Origin: the human T2T-CHM13v2.0 reference genome, Homo sapiens
Assembly: GCF_009914755.1 (NCBI RefSeq)
Contig: NC_060926.1
DNA length: 64,000 nt
Reading direction: 5' to 3' (one strand)
The notes below the pieces were generated by a model. That model was given only the letters and a program-made list of their open reading frames with translations. It was not told the origin of the DNA and did not search any database. This document shows, one piece after another, positions 1 to 12,725 of the stretch. How positions within the stretch are numbered: the first letter of the stretch is position 1; every line of letters starts with the position of its first letter. The position numbers and the translations under genes are program-made.

Positions 1-956
1 AAAAATTTAATTAAAGAATTTCATAGCTACAAATTATCTGGTAAAATTCCACCTGCATCTCTCCTTCCAAGTTAAACCCATCATTTTTTATTATGAATTT
101 GAAAACCTACAAAGAAAGAACAGTGCAGCAAAGTAAGGAAAGTGTGAGTATGAAAAATGTGCCAATATCCCACACCAGTTTCTGCTTTCTGGAGTCAATT
201 TCATAAAAATCTCCTGGGAGTGAAGGGAGTGAGGTAAATTAACAGCTTTTGGAAAGTGAAGAGACTTGCTACAGAGTCTGGGAAAAGATGGTCACCCCTA
301 CTACTGTATCCGAATAGTCCTGGGAGCTGCTTTGTAAATCCCTGTGCAGTGAAGCAATGCCTCTCATTCCAAATGCAACTCAGAGCAATGCAGAGTGGAA
401 AACAGGTTTCCAGTTTTTAATAGAGACTTCTATGATTATCATAGTTTCACAAACTAAACTCTGAAGCAGACAGGGATGGTAGACAGGCATGAGGTGGCAC
501 TGGGGCATGGAGTGGATCATGCTTGGCTTGCTCACACACTGGGAACCAGCACAAAGTAAATGTATGTGGGGCTGCGAAACAGGGGAGGGGCAGTGATGCT
601 TCAGATCATGGGGCCATTAGAAACTCTCCATTGGGAAATGCCTTTTGTTTTTCTTTCTTTCTTTTTTTGTATTAGTAAACCTACAAAAGGAAATAATACA
701 ATATGGCCTTTTTATTTGAACAGTAAAAATTTTAAATGGGTTTTAAAAGCTTATTAACACACAGATAAAATCACTGATATATTACCAAAATGATCATAGT
801 AGAATAAAATATAAAAATTGCATTTTAAAATTTTTATGCTAGGCTTAATCTCTCTGAGAGCAAAAGTTGTTTCTTTATTTCTCTGTAATATCTAACATCT
901 TGGTTCTCATAATCACCCAATAAGCATTTATTATCTCTATTATTATTAAATAATAA

Positions 957-1251
957 TTTTTTTGAGACGGATTTTTGCTCTTGTTGCCCAGGCTGGAGCG
1001 CAATGGCGCGATCTCAGCTCACTGCAACCTCGCCTCCCGGGTTCAAGCAATTCTCCTGCCTCAGCTTCCCGAGTAGCTGGGAGCTGGGATTACAGGCATG
1101 TGCCACCATGCCCAGCTAATTTTGTATTTTTAGCAGAGATGGGTTTTCACCATGTTGGTCAGGCTGTTCTCAAACTCCTGACCTCAGGTGATCTACCCAG
1201 CTCGGCCTCTGAAAGTGCTGGGATTACAGGCGTGAGCCACCACACCTGGCC
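957..1251 (-). mobile_element. AluS (Sq/Sp-like)
   Basis: Full Alu dimer in reverse; TSD-like tattattaaata(a/g)taat at 941-957 and 1255-1271. Confidence 0.93.
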
Positions 1252-1549
1252 TGTTATTATTAAATAGTAATCTAATAATAATCATCTGCCATATTAATGA
1301 GTTCCTATTATTAGTTGGGAGTCACTGCTATCATGTAGGTGTTAGATAGATAGATAGTATTCATCATAATTATTTGAAGTATCATTCCAATTTGATAGAT
1401 GAAGAAACTGTAACACAGAGAAATAAAAAAAATTGCCCGAGAATATGGAAATACAATTTCCAAAACCTAAATTTGAATTCGGATCACTCATACTTGAGTG
1501 AACGAATTGTGGAAAAAATTTTTCTAGATTTTCACAAATAGTACTCAAT

Positions 1550-3330
1550 TGGCATTTATGCATGGGTGGATCTAAAATATAAAATGACTTCATGACATAG
1601 TCCCTATCTCCCAGGAAACTTATTCTTGGTTAGCACAAACACACTTGCAACATAAGGACCATCCCTTGAAAGGAAAGGGGATATTTATTGCAGATAAGAA
1701 TCTCTTAGTTTCTTAGAGGATATAAGATTTGAAGCAGAACTTGGAGGAAAACATCAATAGGCAGAGGGAAGATAAAAAGAGAAGCACTGAAGTACCTAAA
1801 TCGCAAAAGTTAGATGTGGGAACAGTAAAAAGTTAGATCTGAAGTGAGAAAGGATGCTGCATGGTGTGCTGCAATCAGTAGTGTTAAGGACAATAATGGA
1901 AATCATAGTATTTGTTTAGATACAGTGGAGGAGAACATGAGCAGTCTTGCAAGGCAGCTGGATACTCTTGGCACTCTTAGGTAAAAAAAAAAGTCACACA
2001 GAAGTAAGGTCAGTATAATGTGTTAAGTGTGATGCAACAGTCAATGGCAGCTTGGAATAAATTGTTAATGTTAATAAATTATATTAATAATTAATAAATA
2101 ATGTTAATAAATTATAATGTCACTGGAGAGTGACATTATAAAAGTGGGACTTAGCCTAATCTGGTGGGAATGTGTAAAACGGATTCATGGAAAGAAAGCA
2201 TTCTCAGTATGGTATTGTTCCTGCATGGCAGAGGTGTACTGACTGTTGTGAGATGGCCAGAGGAGCACTTAGCTCAACTAATGAGAGAATGTCAGTTCTG
2301 GGTGGAATCTGGACAGTAGAGAATGAAAGGGGATAGAGAGAGAGTGAGAGAGAGAGTTTGTGTGTGTCTGTGTGTGTTGGGGGTGGCAGCCTCAAGCAAT
2401 TCCTTATTTTGAGGCTGAGAATGACAGTTGATGCGACTAAAACTCAGAAATGGGCTAGATCAGCAGGATCTTGTATGTCACACTAAGAAGCTTGAACCTT
2501 ATTCTTTCTACAAGTTACAGGACCCAATGAAAGTTGTTAAGGAAGGTAAATACAAAATTAGATAGTTTTATATCACACTAGCAACAGAAGGCACCAATAT
2601 ATGTGTTTGTTGGAAAGCAGATACATGAGAGGCAAGGAGATGAATTTAGATGCTATCACAGTAACTGAGGGATAGATGATGAGGGCCTAAACTGAGGCAT
2701 TTGTAGTAGGGATGGAGAAGAGGTACACTTGAGAAATATTTAGCAGGTAAAATGGTAGATCTTAGTGAACGATTGGAATTGTGCTGATTGAATGACTGAC
2801 TGAATGACCGGGTAGCATCATGTTGCCATTAACTGGCATAAGGGGGACTACATAAGCAAAATGACCAAGTCTTGAAGGGAAGCCAATAAATTAAGTTTTG
2901 GATACACTGAATTTCATGTGGTTCTAGGCTGCCTTTGGGACAGCTGAATATATTTATTTATCTAAAGTTCATGTGAAAGATTGGGGTTGAAGAGATGTTA
3001 TAATTATCAGCATTCAGCTGTTAAACAAAACCCTTAATTCTAGGTGGCCTAGGAAGAGAATATCCAGAGAGAACCAATGAACTAAATCTTGTAAGAAAAG
3101 CAAAATGCTACAGGAAAAGAGAAGAAGGAGCCCATGGATGAAGCTGAGAGGGAAAGGTCAGGGAGGTGGAGGAAGAACCTTCAGAGAGTAGCATTTTAGG
3201 AAAGCTGGAGTGGTCAATGGTCTCCAATAAAGGAGAAAGGCCTGATAAGATAAGATGAAAAGGGACCCTTGGAATATCACACATTTTAATCCTCACCATG
3301 CTAGACCAGCTTAAGTGGAAAGAGAGGCCA
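1550..3330 (-). mobile_element. Degraded L2 fragments
   Basis: Purine-rich L2-antisense-like text (e.g. aagttttggatacactgaatttc). Boundaries approximate. Confidence 0.5.
2335..2376 (+). repeat. (GA)n-(GT)n compound microsatellite
   Basis: agagagagagtgagagagagagtttgtgtgtgtctgtgtgtg. Confidence 0.8.
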
Positions 3331-3679
3331 AGTGAGGGCATAGGAGGCAGAGACAGAAAACTGCACTGCTCCTTTTAAAGCAGCTGGGCTAAGAATAAAG
3401 ACTGGGTGGGAGCTAGACACAGGCTGTGGGAGAGAGCTGAACTTGTTTACAAGCTAAAGGGAAAGAGCAGATAGAAAGGAAGTGGCTGAAGTTATAGAAA
3501 AGAGAGCATGACTGATGGAACAAGTTCCTCAGGGAGATGGAGAACAAATAAAACACAAAAGAACAAGTCCAGGAGGTGCTTCAAAACAATTCAAAGATTT
3601 GGTGAAAGCAATTTAAAAATACACCACTAGGGTTTATATCTGTGGTCAGTGAAGTAGATTGTAATGTCACTTTCCGTGT

Positions 3680-3870
3680 CTCATTTAAGTACTCTAAAAT
3701 TACTTTTAAGTAAATTTCTTAAATGGTCCTCCTAAGAATCCCATCAGATGACAAAGGTGCATACTATTTCCTCAATATTTCAGATGAGGACACAAATTCC
3801 CAGTGAGGTTAAGGACCCTCTGCAGGTAGCAAAACTGCTAAATAGAACGAGGACCAGAACCCAGCTGTTC
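3680..3870 (-). mobile_element. MIR
   Basis: tttcagatgaggacacaaattcccagtgaggttaagga, the MIR core in antisense. Confidence 0.6.
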
Positions 3871-4176
3871 TCTCACATGATGGCTGGACCAAGCTTTATT
3901 ATACTTGTTATACTACATAGACTACAACGAGGCTATGATGCTTACGTTGCAAGTAGTGTTTCCACCAATAATATAGTTTGCTGTCATCTTAAAGCTGAAT
4001 TCACAATTCTGATTGGGCATCTCAAATAAAAGGTAAAAAGGGGTACAAAACTGTGAGACTGTCTTTCCTCCTTCTTAATCCTAAACTTAAAAAAAAAAAG
4101 CATGTAAACATTTTTGAGTTTGAACATAACACCAGAAGGCTATAGGAACAAAGTTTGATTAATTAATTAATATTAA

Positions 4177-4507
<331 letters not shown>

Positions 4508-5800
4508 TCTATCTTCTCTGTAGAAGGCAAGATTTAGATAGGAATAATCTTGCTTTATTGTAATTTCCCTTATACATTGTTTCTTAGTGAATATTTTAGT
4601 ATAAGATGAAGCCACCTTGATTTATTTGAAGGGTTTAGTTTTTAAAACATTGATAAAATGAAATAAAAACCTTAAGGTTGCCAATATGGTCACACCTTTA
4701 AAGCAAAATTTTCCATAGGATAGAGTACTTCCCATGCAAATGCCAAGAGTAAATAGTCTTTTAAATATTGAATATCACAGCTCATTCATCTTACGTAAAA
4801 TTTAGATAAATATATATGAACTTTATATGGAGATAAATTTAAGAAAACTAGATTATCAGTATCTTCCTGATAATTTCATTCAGACTCCAAAAGCCTACTC
4901 AAGCTGTGACTTTTAGATATAAGAAAAGTTCAAAGACTTCATATTTATCAGTAAGTTGATACTGTCTCGTGCTACATTTTTAGTGAAAATTATAGTTTCA
5001 TGGATATAAATAATAAAAAATATTAAATCAAGGAATATCTTTATATAATTCCAAGATTTGTCTTATATAAACTTGTGTAACTTGCCCAAATTTATACAAT
5101 AGATCAATTAATAATCAACACTTCCAGTCTTTTCCCCCACCCTTACTATATCTCTAATGTATAAATCTAAGCTTTTCAATGTTGTGATCTCAGAGAAGAA
5201 AATCCGATTAAAGATCAGTTGATCCATGTCCATACATTTTAAGAATGCCATGTAAGGCCAGGTGATGATGCATTAATCATTCTTCAAACCAGAGAAAACT
5301 GTATGATTTTTAAAAACTACATTCTGTGGCCATAGATTAACACGATTCCAATCTTCTAATTTCCAGCTTCTTAAAACAAAGCTTCCTCTTTCTGCTTTTG
5401 CCTCACATCCTGCATTAGGTACCTGTCTAGAATGATGAACACAATGAATTTCAGGCCTGTAGCGATAGTGCTCAAAGTGTGAAGAGCAGAAAGTAAGAGA
5501 GAGGAAATATTGAAAATGAAAAACATGCATTCACCTGGAAACACATGCAAATGGCATGTGTCTTCTGCATAGTAGAATGATTCGCCTAATCCACCATGAG
5601 GGGTATTTGGGCCTTGAGTTATTTTTCCAGAAGTGATGGTGACTTTGCAATGGTTTACCTACAAACTTCAACTAAGCAGCCTTATAAGTAAAATGAATAA
5701 CTAGAATAGCAAGTTATTACCAAAATCTTAATGTGTAGCCTCGGAACATAAAAGCCAACAGGTCCACAACAAGATTCAGAGTGTCAGTCAAAGATTTAAT

Positions 5801-5950
5801 ACAGTGGTTCACCAATGTAAATCAGAGTCAACTGGAGAGCTCTAAAAACATACAGATGCCCAGACCCCATCCAAACTTCCTAGATATTTGGAAAGTAGAG
5901 GGGTCTAGAATCTATATTAGTCACAAGATCTTAGGTGATTCTTTATACCA
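5801..5950. mobile_element. MER5-like hAT fossil
   Basis: cagtggtt...tcaactggagagctctaaaaacatacagatgcccagacccca. Confidence 0.55.
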
Positions 5951-6344
5951 TTTTTTATCAACACTGATCTGTGGCTTGCTTACCAATGACCCTACGAGTC
6001 ATGGTCCAAGTATACATTGTGTTAGTCAATATTAAAAATTCACTAAATCTATGAATCTACCAATGTACATATGTAGAAAGAGAGATACTCTTCAAACTAA
6101 AGCTTCAGTTTAGTTTGAATAGAAGTTATAGGTGTCAAAATTTATCTAAAGACAAGAAGCAAAGAAAATGTAGCCTAATATTTATGTGCCATTCAGTCTT
6201 CTTGGCTTCACAGTCTACTCAGTAATGAACAATAACCAAAGTGGATCTAGTCACACAACTATATTTTGTCCATTGAAACCGTAAGATCTAGGCCACTAAA
6301 AGTAGCTGACCTTTTTGCTCACTGAGGTAGGGACCATAAAACTC

Positions 6345-7135
<791 letters not shown>

Positions 7136-7921
7136 CCCACTATAAAAGTCTGAATGTCCTACATGTTTCATAGCATGTATTTCAACAGTAATGAGTTTAA
7201 AACAATTTATGAGTTAACATGCATCTTAAGCTATGTATACATATTTATACATATTCTGTACCTCCTTTAAAATGATGTCATCCAAATACTACTGAGTGTT
7301 AAATATCTGCTTCCTGATTTTTGTATCGTAACAATGAGATAAATGGCAGACATATCATAAAAATGCAAGAGACCATGACATATAAGACTGTGAGCCCCTC
7401 ATCTCTCAGTAATCAAAAGTTAGCTTGGGTCCAGGAGGATATCAGTGTAGGATTGCAACATGATGGCTGTAAATTCATGGGCCGGGAGCCAAATATATAC
7501 TCAGATATATTTTATTTGTCATATGCAATATCTTCTGAAAATGTTAATTCTGAATGCCTTAAAGTGGACATGCACCTTCAGTTCTCCACAGGCCCCATCA
7601 TCACCTATTGATGTACAAACACTGGCTTGCTTCACTTGTTTATATTACCTGCCTGGCCTCTGAAAGCATTGAGGTTTACAGTATTTGGAAACAAAATGAT
7701 ACATTTCTGCACCTTCCCTTCTCCATTGCTTATCCCATGTTGAATACAATGATTCATAACAAAGATTATTTTCTAAAATTAAGCATGCCTACTTCTAATA
7801 ACAAGAATATATATAGCTCACTAGATGCTAGGCATTAACTTAGGAATATAAATACACTGTAAATGCTCTAGCATTTTCCTTAACACAAATGTGGAATCTT
7901 TTGAAGACCACCACCCCAATG

Positions 7922-8073
7922 CACACACACTCTCACCACACGCACACACACACGCACACACACTCTTTAAAAGCTGATTTTGTCATTTTAACTCCCTGAT
8001 TTTTCACACACACACATACACCCACACAAACTCTTTAAAAGCTGATTTTTTTCATTTTAACTCCCTAATTTTT
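7922..8073 (+). repeat. (CA)n-linked ~68-bp tandem duplication
   Basis: actctttaaaagctgatttt..tcattttaactccct.attttt at 7962-8004 and 8030-8073, each preceded by a CA tract. Confidence 0.9.
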
Positions 8074-10740
8074 GTTACGTTAGTTTTAACTAAAGTCAGC
8101 CCAACTCCCAAACTTTCTCCTTTCAGTTTCTTATAAATTTAGAAAATCAAATCAGTTCTTAAAACTCAGTGAGAATGGAACTGATTTTGGCTTAAAATGC
8201 CTAAAACTTTATTTATTTACTTTTATCTTCTCATTCATATGTTTCTATCAGGCAGGCATACTCAGATTATATTTTACATTTCTGGTAAATAACCACAGTC
8301 AAGTAAAGGGAAATATACCCTGAAGTCATAAAAAGAAAGAAAAAAATAAAAACTTATTAATATGCACTTACATGCAAAAACAGATCTCCACATTTCCAAG
8401 AAGACATATTTGTACAAAATGTAAATATCACATTATGTGACTGTTATAGATAAAATTTGAAAAATGTACTTGCTTTTCATGTGTGCCTCAGATATTTCTT
8501 TAATTTAAAGCATCGATCTAAGCTTACTCTTCCCCAAACTCAAAATCAAATGGAGTTTCTAAATTATGACACCTTTATTAAGCTTGTGATAGGCCTGAAC
8601 AGGAAAAAGAAAGTATTGCCAAGTATCCATACAATATCAACTTAAACCAAAATATGCATAGTAAGTAAGTACAATATAAGTTAAGCAGCTCTGAATATAC
8701 TATACTCTGGAATTATTTTCTCTATTATGTTTGATTAGGGCAATGACGACTTTCTTTTGCTGTTGAATTTTTATCACTTATATTCTCTTAAGTTGAGAAA
8801 TAAAATACTGGAATTTTTTACAACACATATGCAAGCAATTACACATTCTGTAAAATTTGATGTTTGGAATTCCATTTTCTGTGCTATTTGGTTATACTGT
8901 TCGCGGGGGGTACTGGGGTTGGATTGGAGTTGGGGACTTTTTTGCATCAAGCATCACATTCCTTACATTTATGTCAATTACTATTAAGAAAAATTATCTG
9001 CTCATTTTTCAAAAACACCTACAGAGTAATTATAACTATTTGGGAATGTCTTTTAAAATATGGCTTATTTCATGTACCTTGTGAAACAGTCCTTTCATTT
9101 ATTCACATATTCAATTATTTCCATACTTTATTAAAGTACTTTATTCATTTTAACATAAATTAACAAAGAAAGTGGTATTAAAGGTTTTAAATTAAAGTTG
9201 GTTGTTTTGGTGGGGGAGGGGAGTAAACTGTTCTTTCTAGAGTCAAATTTTCAATTTCTATTGTAATTTTTCTGTGTTTTTCTCCTCCTGTTTTCTTCTA
9301 CTTTCTATTCAATTATTTTTGCCACCCTTCCAAACAACACATGCTTTTCATGCCATTACAAAGAAACTCAAAAGTTTTCACCTTTTATAAATTACCTCAT
9401 ATTTTAAAAACATAAAATGTAACATAAAAAGCTCCAAGTCTTAGAAAGTGCCCCCTCTATGGGACTCCTGACAGATTGTTGGATATTCATTTACAAATTC
9501 GTATTTTCACTTTTTAAGCTTTTTAGAACTTCTGATCTCTAGATTAATTTTATAAACTTTTTGAAACCAAAAACACACAGAAGCAGATATTTGTTCTAAA
9601 AATATAGATATATACATAGTATATATACATATATACCTGTATGTATGTGTCTATATATGAAAGTAATAGAAAAGGTTAATGAATGTCCAAAGTTTTAAAA
9701 GCTTGAGTTTGATGTTACATGGTTGAGTTGATGAAAATCTACAGTGGCTTATTTTAAAGGAGTACATGTCTGTATTTGAAATTGCAACCCTCAAGATTAA
9801 AGATTTAATAGAGGAATCAATTTAAATATTTTCTTATATACTACAACAGCTATGCATTTTTGCTTAACCATACCATATAACCCAACTGTAACATATGAAA
9901 ATTGCATAGGAAAAAAATGTGGTCACCAGGCAAGATTTATCTTTAAAAAAAAAAAAAAAAAAGCTTGGGTCTAAGGGGTAATGTCCATGCAAATATTCCA
10001 TGCCAAATAAGATATATACAAGACATGCTGATTTCCTGCCTTCCGCCATCCAACCGGGAACCACCACTGTCCTGTTAATCAAGCCAGTAGGGTGGGAAAA
10101 TACCACTGTTTAAGAAATCTGGCTTCTATCAGCCTCTGTCATGGAGAAACAAACGAGACTGCCTCCCAGTAAGCAAAAGTGATCACATTTTCACAAATGA
10201 AAATGGTAAAAAGAAGTTTAAATTGTTAAAGAGGAAAGAATGAGGAGCCAAAGACAAAGAAAAATCAAAGCTATCAGAGTTGCTGCAGAGGTTTTACTAA
10301 ACAAAGAATTTTATGAAGCAGCTGAAGTTCAGTACAAAAAGACTCCACCCTACCCAGCTTCTGCCGCGACTTTTCCTTGCTCTGAAAACTCCAGCCCACA
10401 GAACAGAGCTCCTCTAACTAAAATGCCTTTAGTGCTCCGTTTTAAGCATTCACTCTTTTCTTATTTTAAACGTCCCACTCTCACACTCAGCCAAAAGGAC
10501 TTATTGTAGGCTTTCCCAGAAAAATTTAGTAGTGTACTCTCTCCAACGGTGGATCTAGAAGCTCCGGATTTACAAACATCCCAATTGTCTTTCAAGTCGT
10601 TTTCCAGGTGCAAATCCGTCAGCCCCCTTCTCAAACTTCAAACCAGAACCTCCTCTTCACGCTCTTCCTGAGGCTTAACATTCCACCTATTTCCCAAACC
10701 GTGCAATAAACACTACAAGCAAAGCAAATGGCAAACTCAC

Positions 10741-10837
10741 CATCCTCGTCTTCTTCCTGGGCTTTTATTGAGACAAATTGCCCTAATAAAACAATAAGAA
10801 TGAGGAGAGGTCTTGCTTCCGCCCAGTTTGCCATCAT
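10741..10837 (-). CDS. COL5A2: COL5A2 coding exon 1 (97 bp; signal peptide and start of N-propeptide of pro-alpha2(V) collagen)
   Basis: Translation [32 protein letters not shown] matches the recalled N-terminus of human COL5A2. The exon ends GAG GAT G|GTGAGT, a canonical phase-1 donor at 10740-10735. The ORF-track extension (GEFAICF...) is intron read-through. Confidence 0.97.
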
Positions 10838-10869
10838 GTCTAAATATTAGACATGTGGGTTCTCCTGAG
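10822..10869 (-). promoter_or_regulatory. Collagen-type 5' stem-loop around the start codon
   Basis: mRNA CUCAG-GAGAACCCA-CAUGUCUAA-UAU-UUAGACAUG-AUGGCAAA-CUGGG. Perfect 9-bp upper stem (10835-10843/10847-10855) and a 5-bp lower stem including one G-U pair. Confidence 0.8.
10840..10854 (-). other. uORF2 (ATG TCT AAT ATT TAG; MSNI*) ending 2 nt before the main ATG
   Basis: Read directly from the sequence. Confidence 0.85.
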
Positions 10870-10890
10870 AGTGAAAAGTAGATTCTGAGG

Positions 10891-10905
10891 TTATTGTAGC
10901 ACCAT
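10891..10905 (-). other. uORF1 (ATG GTG CTA CAA TAA; MVLQ*)
   Basis: Read directly from the sequence; lies inside the inferred 5' UTR. Confidence 0.75.
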
Positions 10906-11019
10906 GAAGTCAGCTGTGGGCTCTTCTTTCAGCACCAGCCCCAGGGCAGCCTCTGCAAACCCCCTTTTTCAGCACCAGCTCCAGCACAGTCTGCGAAAAC
11001 TTTTTTCAAGCGATGCAGC

Positions 11020-11027
11020 TTTAAATA
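11020..11027 (-). promoter_or_regulatory. TATA-like box (TATTTAAA)
   Basis: + strand tttaaata reads TATTTAAA on the minus strand, about 185 nt upstream of the ATG. The promoter has no CpG island. Confidence 0.75.
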
Positions 11028-11112
11028 GGAAGAATGCTGCCTCCACTTCTTTTCCTGCCCCTTTTCAGCTTGTTCAGGCTCATAACCATCCAGTGTCTGC
11101 CAAGCAACGGTC

Positions 11113-11129
11113 TGATTGATGGTAAACAA
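11113..11129 (+). promoter_or_regulatory. PBX/HOX-type site TGATTGATGG (core ATCAATCA on gene strand) abutting forkhead-type GTAAACAA
   Basis: TGATTGATGG at 11113-11122 is the PBX-HOX consensus and GTAAACAA lies at 11122-11129, about 120 bp upstream of the inferred TSS. Consistent with my recollection of a PBX/PREP/HOX-bound COL5A2 promoter element. Confidence 0.75.
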
Positions 11130-12543
11130 CCAAATCAGAACACGCGTCTCTGTGCCTGAACTTTCCCTATTTCATTTAACTTTTAAGCATAGATGGGGCT
11201 TAATAACAGAAACAAACATTTGTTTCTCTTTTCTTTTATTTTTTAAGAAAGGCTGTTAGAAGAAAAGGGTTCTATTTTCCCCTCCCTAACCCTTCCCCCC
11301 AGACACACACCCTTTAACTTTTCCCCTATAAGCTGAAAAAGACATTCCGAAGGAAATCCAGCCTTTTACCCTAGTTTTTTTACATTTAGATAATTCAAGA
11401 CTCTCTTCTCCACCTTAAATCTTTAAACAATCACATTTTAACCCTTTCTTTTGACTGAATAGGGAGTATTCTTATCCCCTTCTCAGATTCGGTTTCTTTT
11501 CCCATACTCTGGAAGGAGATTATTAGAATGTTGCCCAGGTAAAGTCCAGGTTAGAAAACCATTTTGGATAAATGAATTTGTGATACATTGTAATTTGAAT
11601 TAAGAAAGCATGTCCTTTCCTAATTTCTCCACATCTCTTGTTAAGGGGCCACATCTTCAGGTTCCTCTTGTCCCAGAGAGTTTTACCATGTTGAAAAATA
11701 GTCTACTAAGCAGTGCAGAGGAATGGGAAGTACTCTACCTTTGGATGAAAAAAGGCTTGCTTCTGCCTTTTGTGAGTGGTTCTGCCACTCAATAATTTTG
11801 TAAATGTGCATATAGTCCTTTATCTCTGTGCACTCCAATTTTCTCATTTGAGAAAAGGGCTTTACCCTGACCAGTGTACAGGGTTTAGTGACACTAAAAT
11901 GAGTAATGTATTATTAATGAAGCTCCAAATTGCAAAGAGCTACATAAAAGCAGATGGTGGTATTATTAGCTTTAAGCCAGCTTTGCAGGGAATATGATAG
12001 CCCCAGTTGAACATGCATTTTAAGGAAAATTATCGATGAACTTTTGTGCCACCCTCACACTTGCCAAGATCTTAATGACCTCAGAGAGTTCTATACAATC
12101 TAATGTATTTGCCACCTTGAGTCTCCCTAGAATCAGGATGGATGTTCTATACAATACAAGTGAGTCAATTGTTTATAATTATTGGGCAACAGGTGCCTTG
12201 CACTGTGCTAAGCACTGGGCAGAAAGGATGACATAAAAGAAATAAAAGACATACCCATCACCTTCAAGGAACATATGTAGGTGTTGAGAAACTAAATTTA
12301 CAAGAAATAAAGATATATAAGCCAGAGCATATAAATATGTGAGGGATGCATTAAGCCCGGAGAAAGGAGAAATTATCAAATGAGATTAGGCAAGCAAGAC
12401 ATTATTACTGTTCTTAATAGAAGAAATCCAAGAACCTTTGCATTTTAGCTTTGGAACTAGACTCTGGATAAATATTCCAGTGGAGGTCAATTTTCCCGGT
12501 TGTTTCCAGCTTCTAACCCTGTACCTCTCAGTTTATCTTTTCA

Positions 12544-12725
12544 TTTAGACATGTCCCATTTCAATGACTTCTGTCACCACCACACTGTTCTCAGGGGTGC
12601 CCTTCCACTTAATGAATGGGCTAAGTAAGGACCAAAAATCACCTTTCAGTTAATTCTTTCTAGAATATCTTAGAGAGGCTAGGACTTGAAATCCATCTGA
12701 CTATATATTCAAAGATAACAGGAAG
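12544..12725 (+). repeat. Copy 1 of an old local duplication (partner 13719-13900)
   Basis: Shares caccacactgt, ttaatgaatgggct.agtaag.accaaaaatcacc.ttcag, ttctttct.gaatat and aggacttg with the partner. Confidence 0.85.

Larger units (their letters stand above)
10838..10995 (-). other. COL5A2: COL5A2 5' UTR (TSS approximate)
   Basis: Lies between the ATG at 10837 and a TATA-like box at 11020-11027. TSS inferred about 25-30 nt downstream of the TATA box. Confidence 0.8.

Noticed and set aside
962-1267. Alu-derived ORFs (also 16225, 22586, 35141, 43722, 55577)
   Set aside because: Typical Alu translations with no independent evidence of coding.
10631-10740. ORF-track extension of COL5A2 exon 1 ([10 protein letters not shown]...)
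   Set aside because: Read-through past a canonical GTGAGT donor into intron 1.
10764-10769. AATAAA on the gene strand inside coding exon 1
   Set aside because: Explained by the codons for S-I-K and lies next to a strong 5' splice site; no evidence of use.
10904-11129. Overlapping ORFs across the promoter on both strands
   Set aside because: Short, unrecognisable, and the minus-strand one starts upstream of the TATA box.
12543-12553. ATTTAGACATG, identical to the COL5A2 start context on the opposite strand
   Set aside because: An 11-mer AT-rich match with no flanking similarity; compatible with chance.
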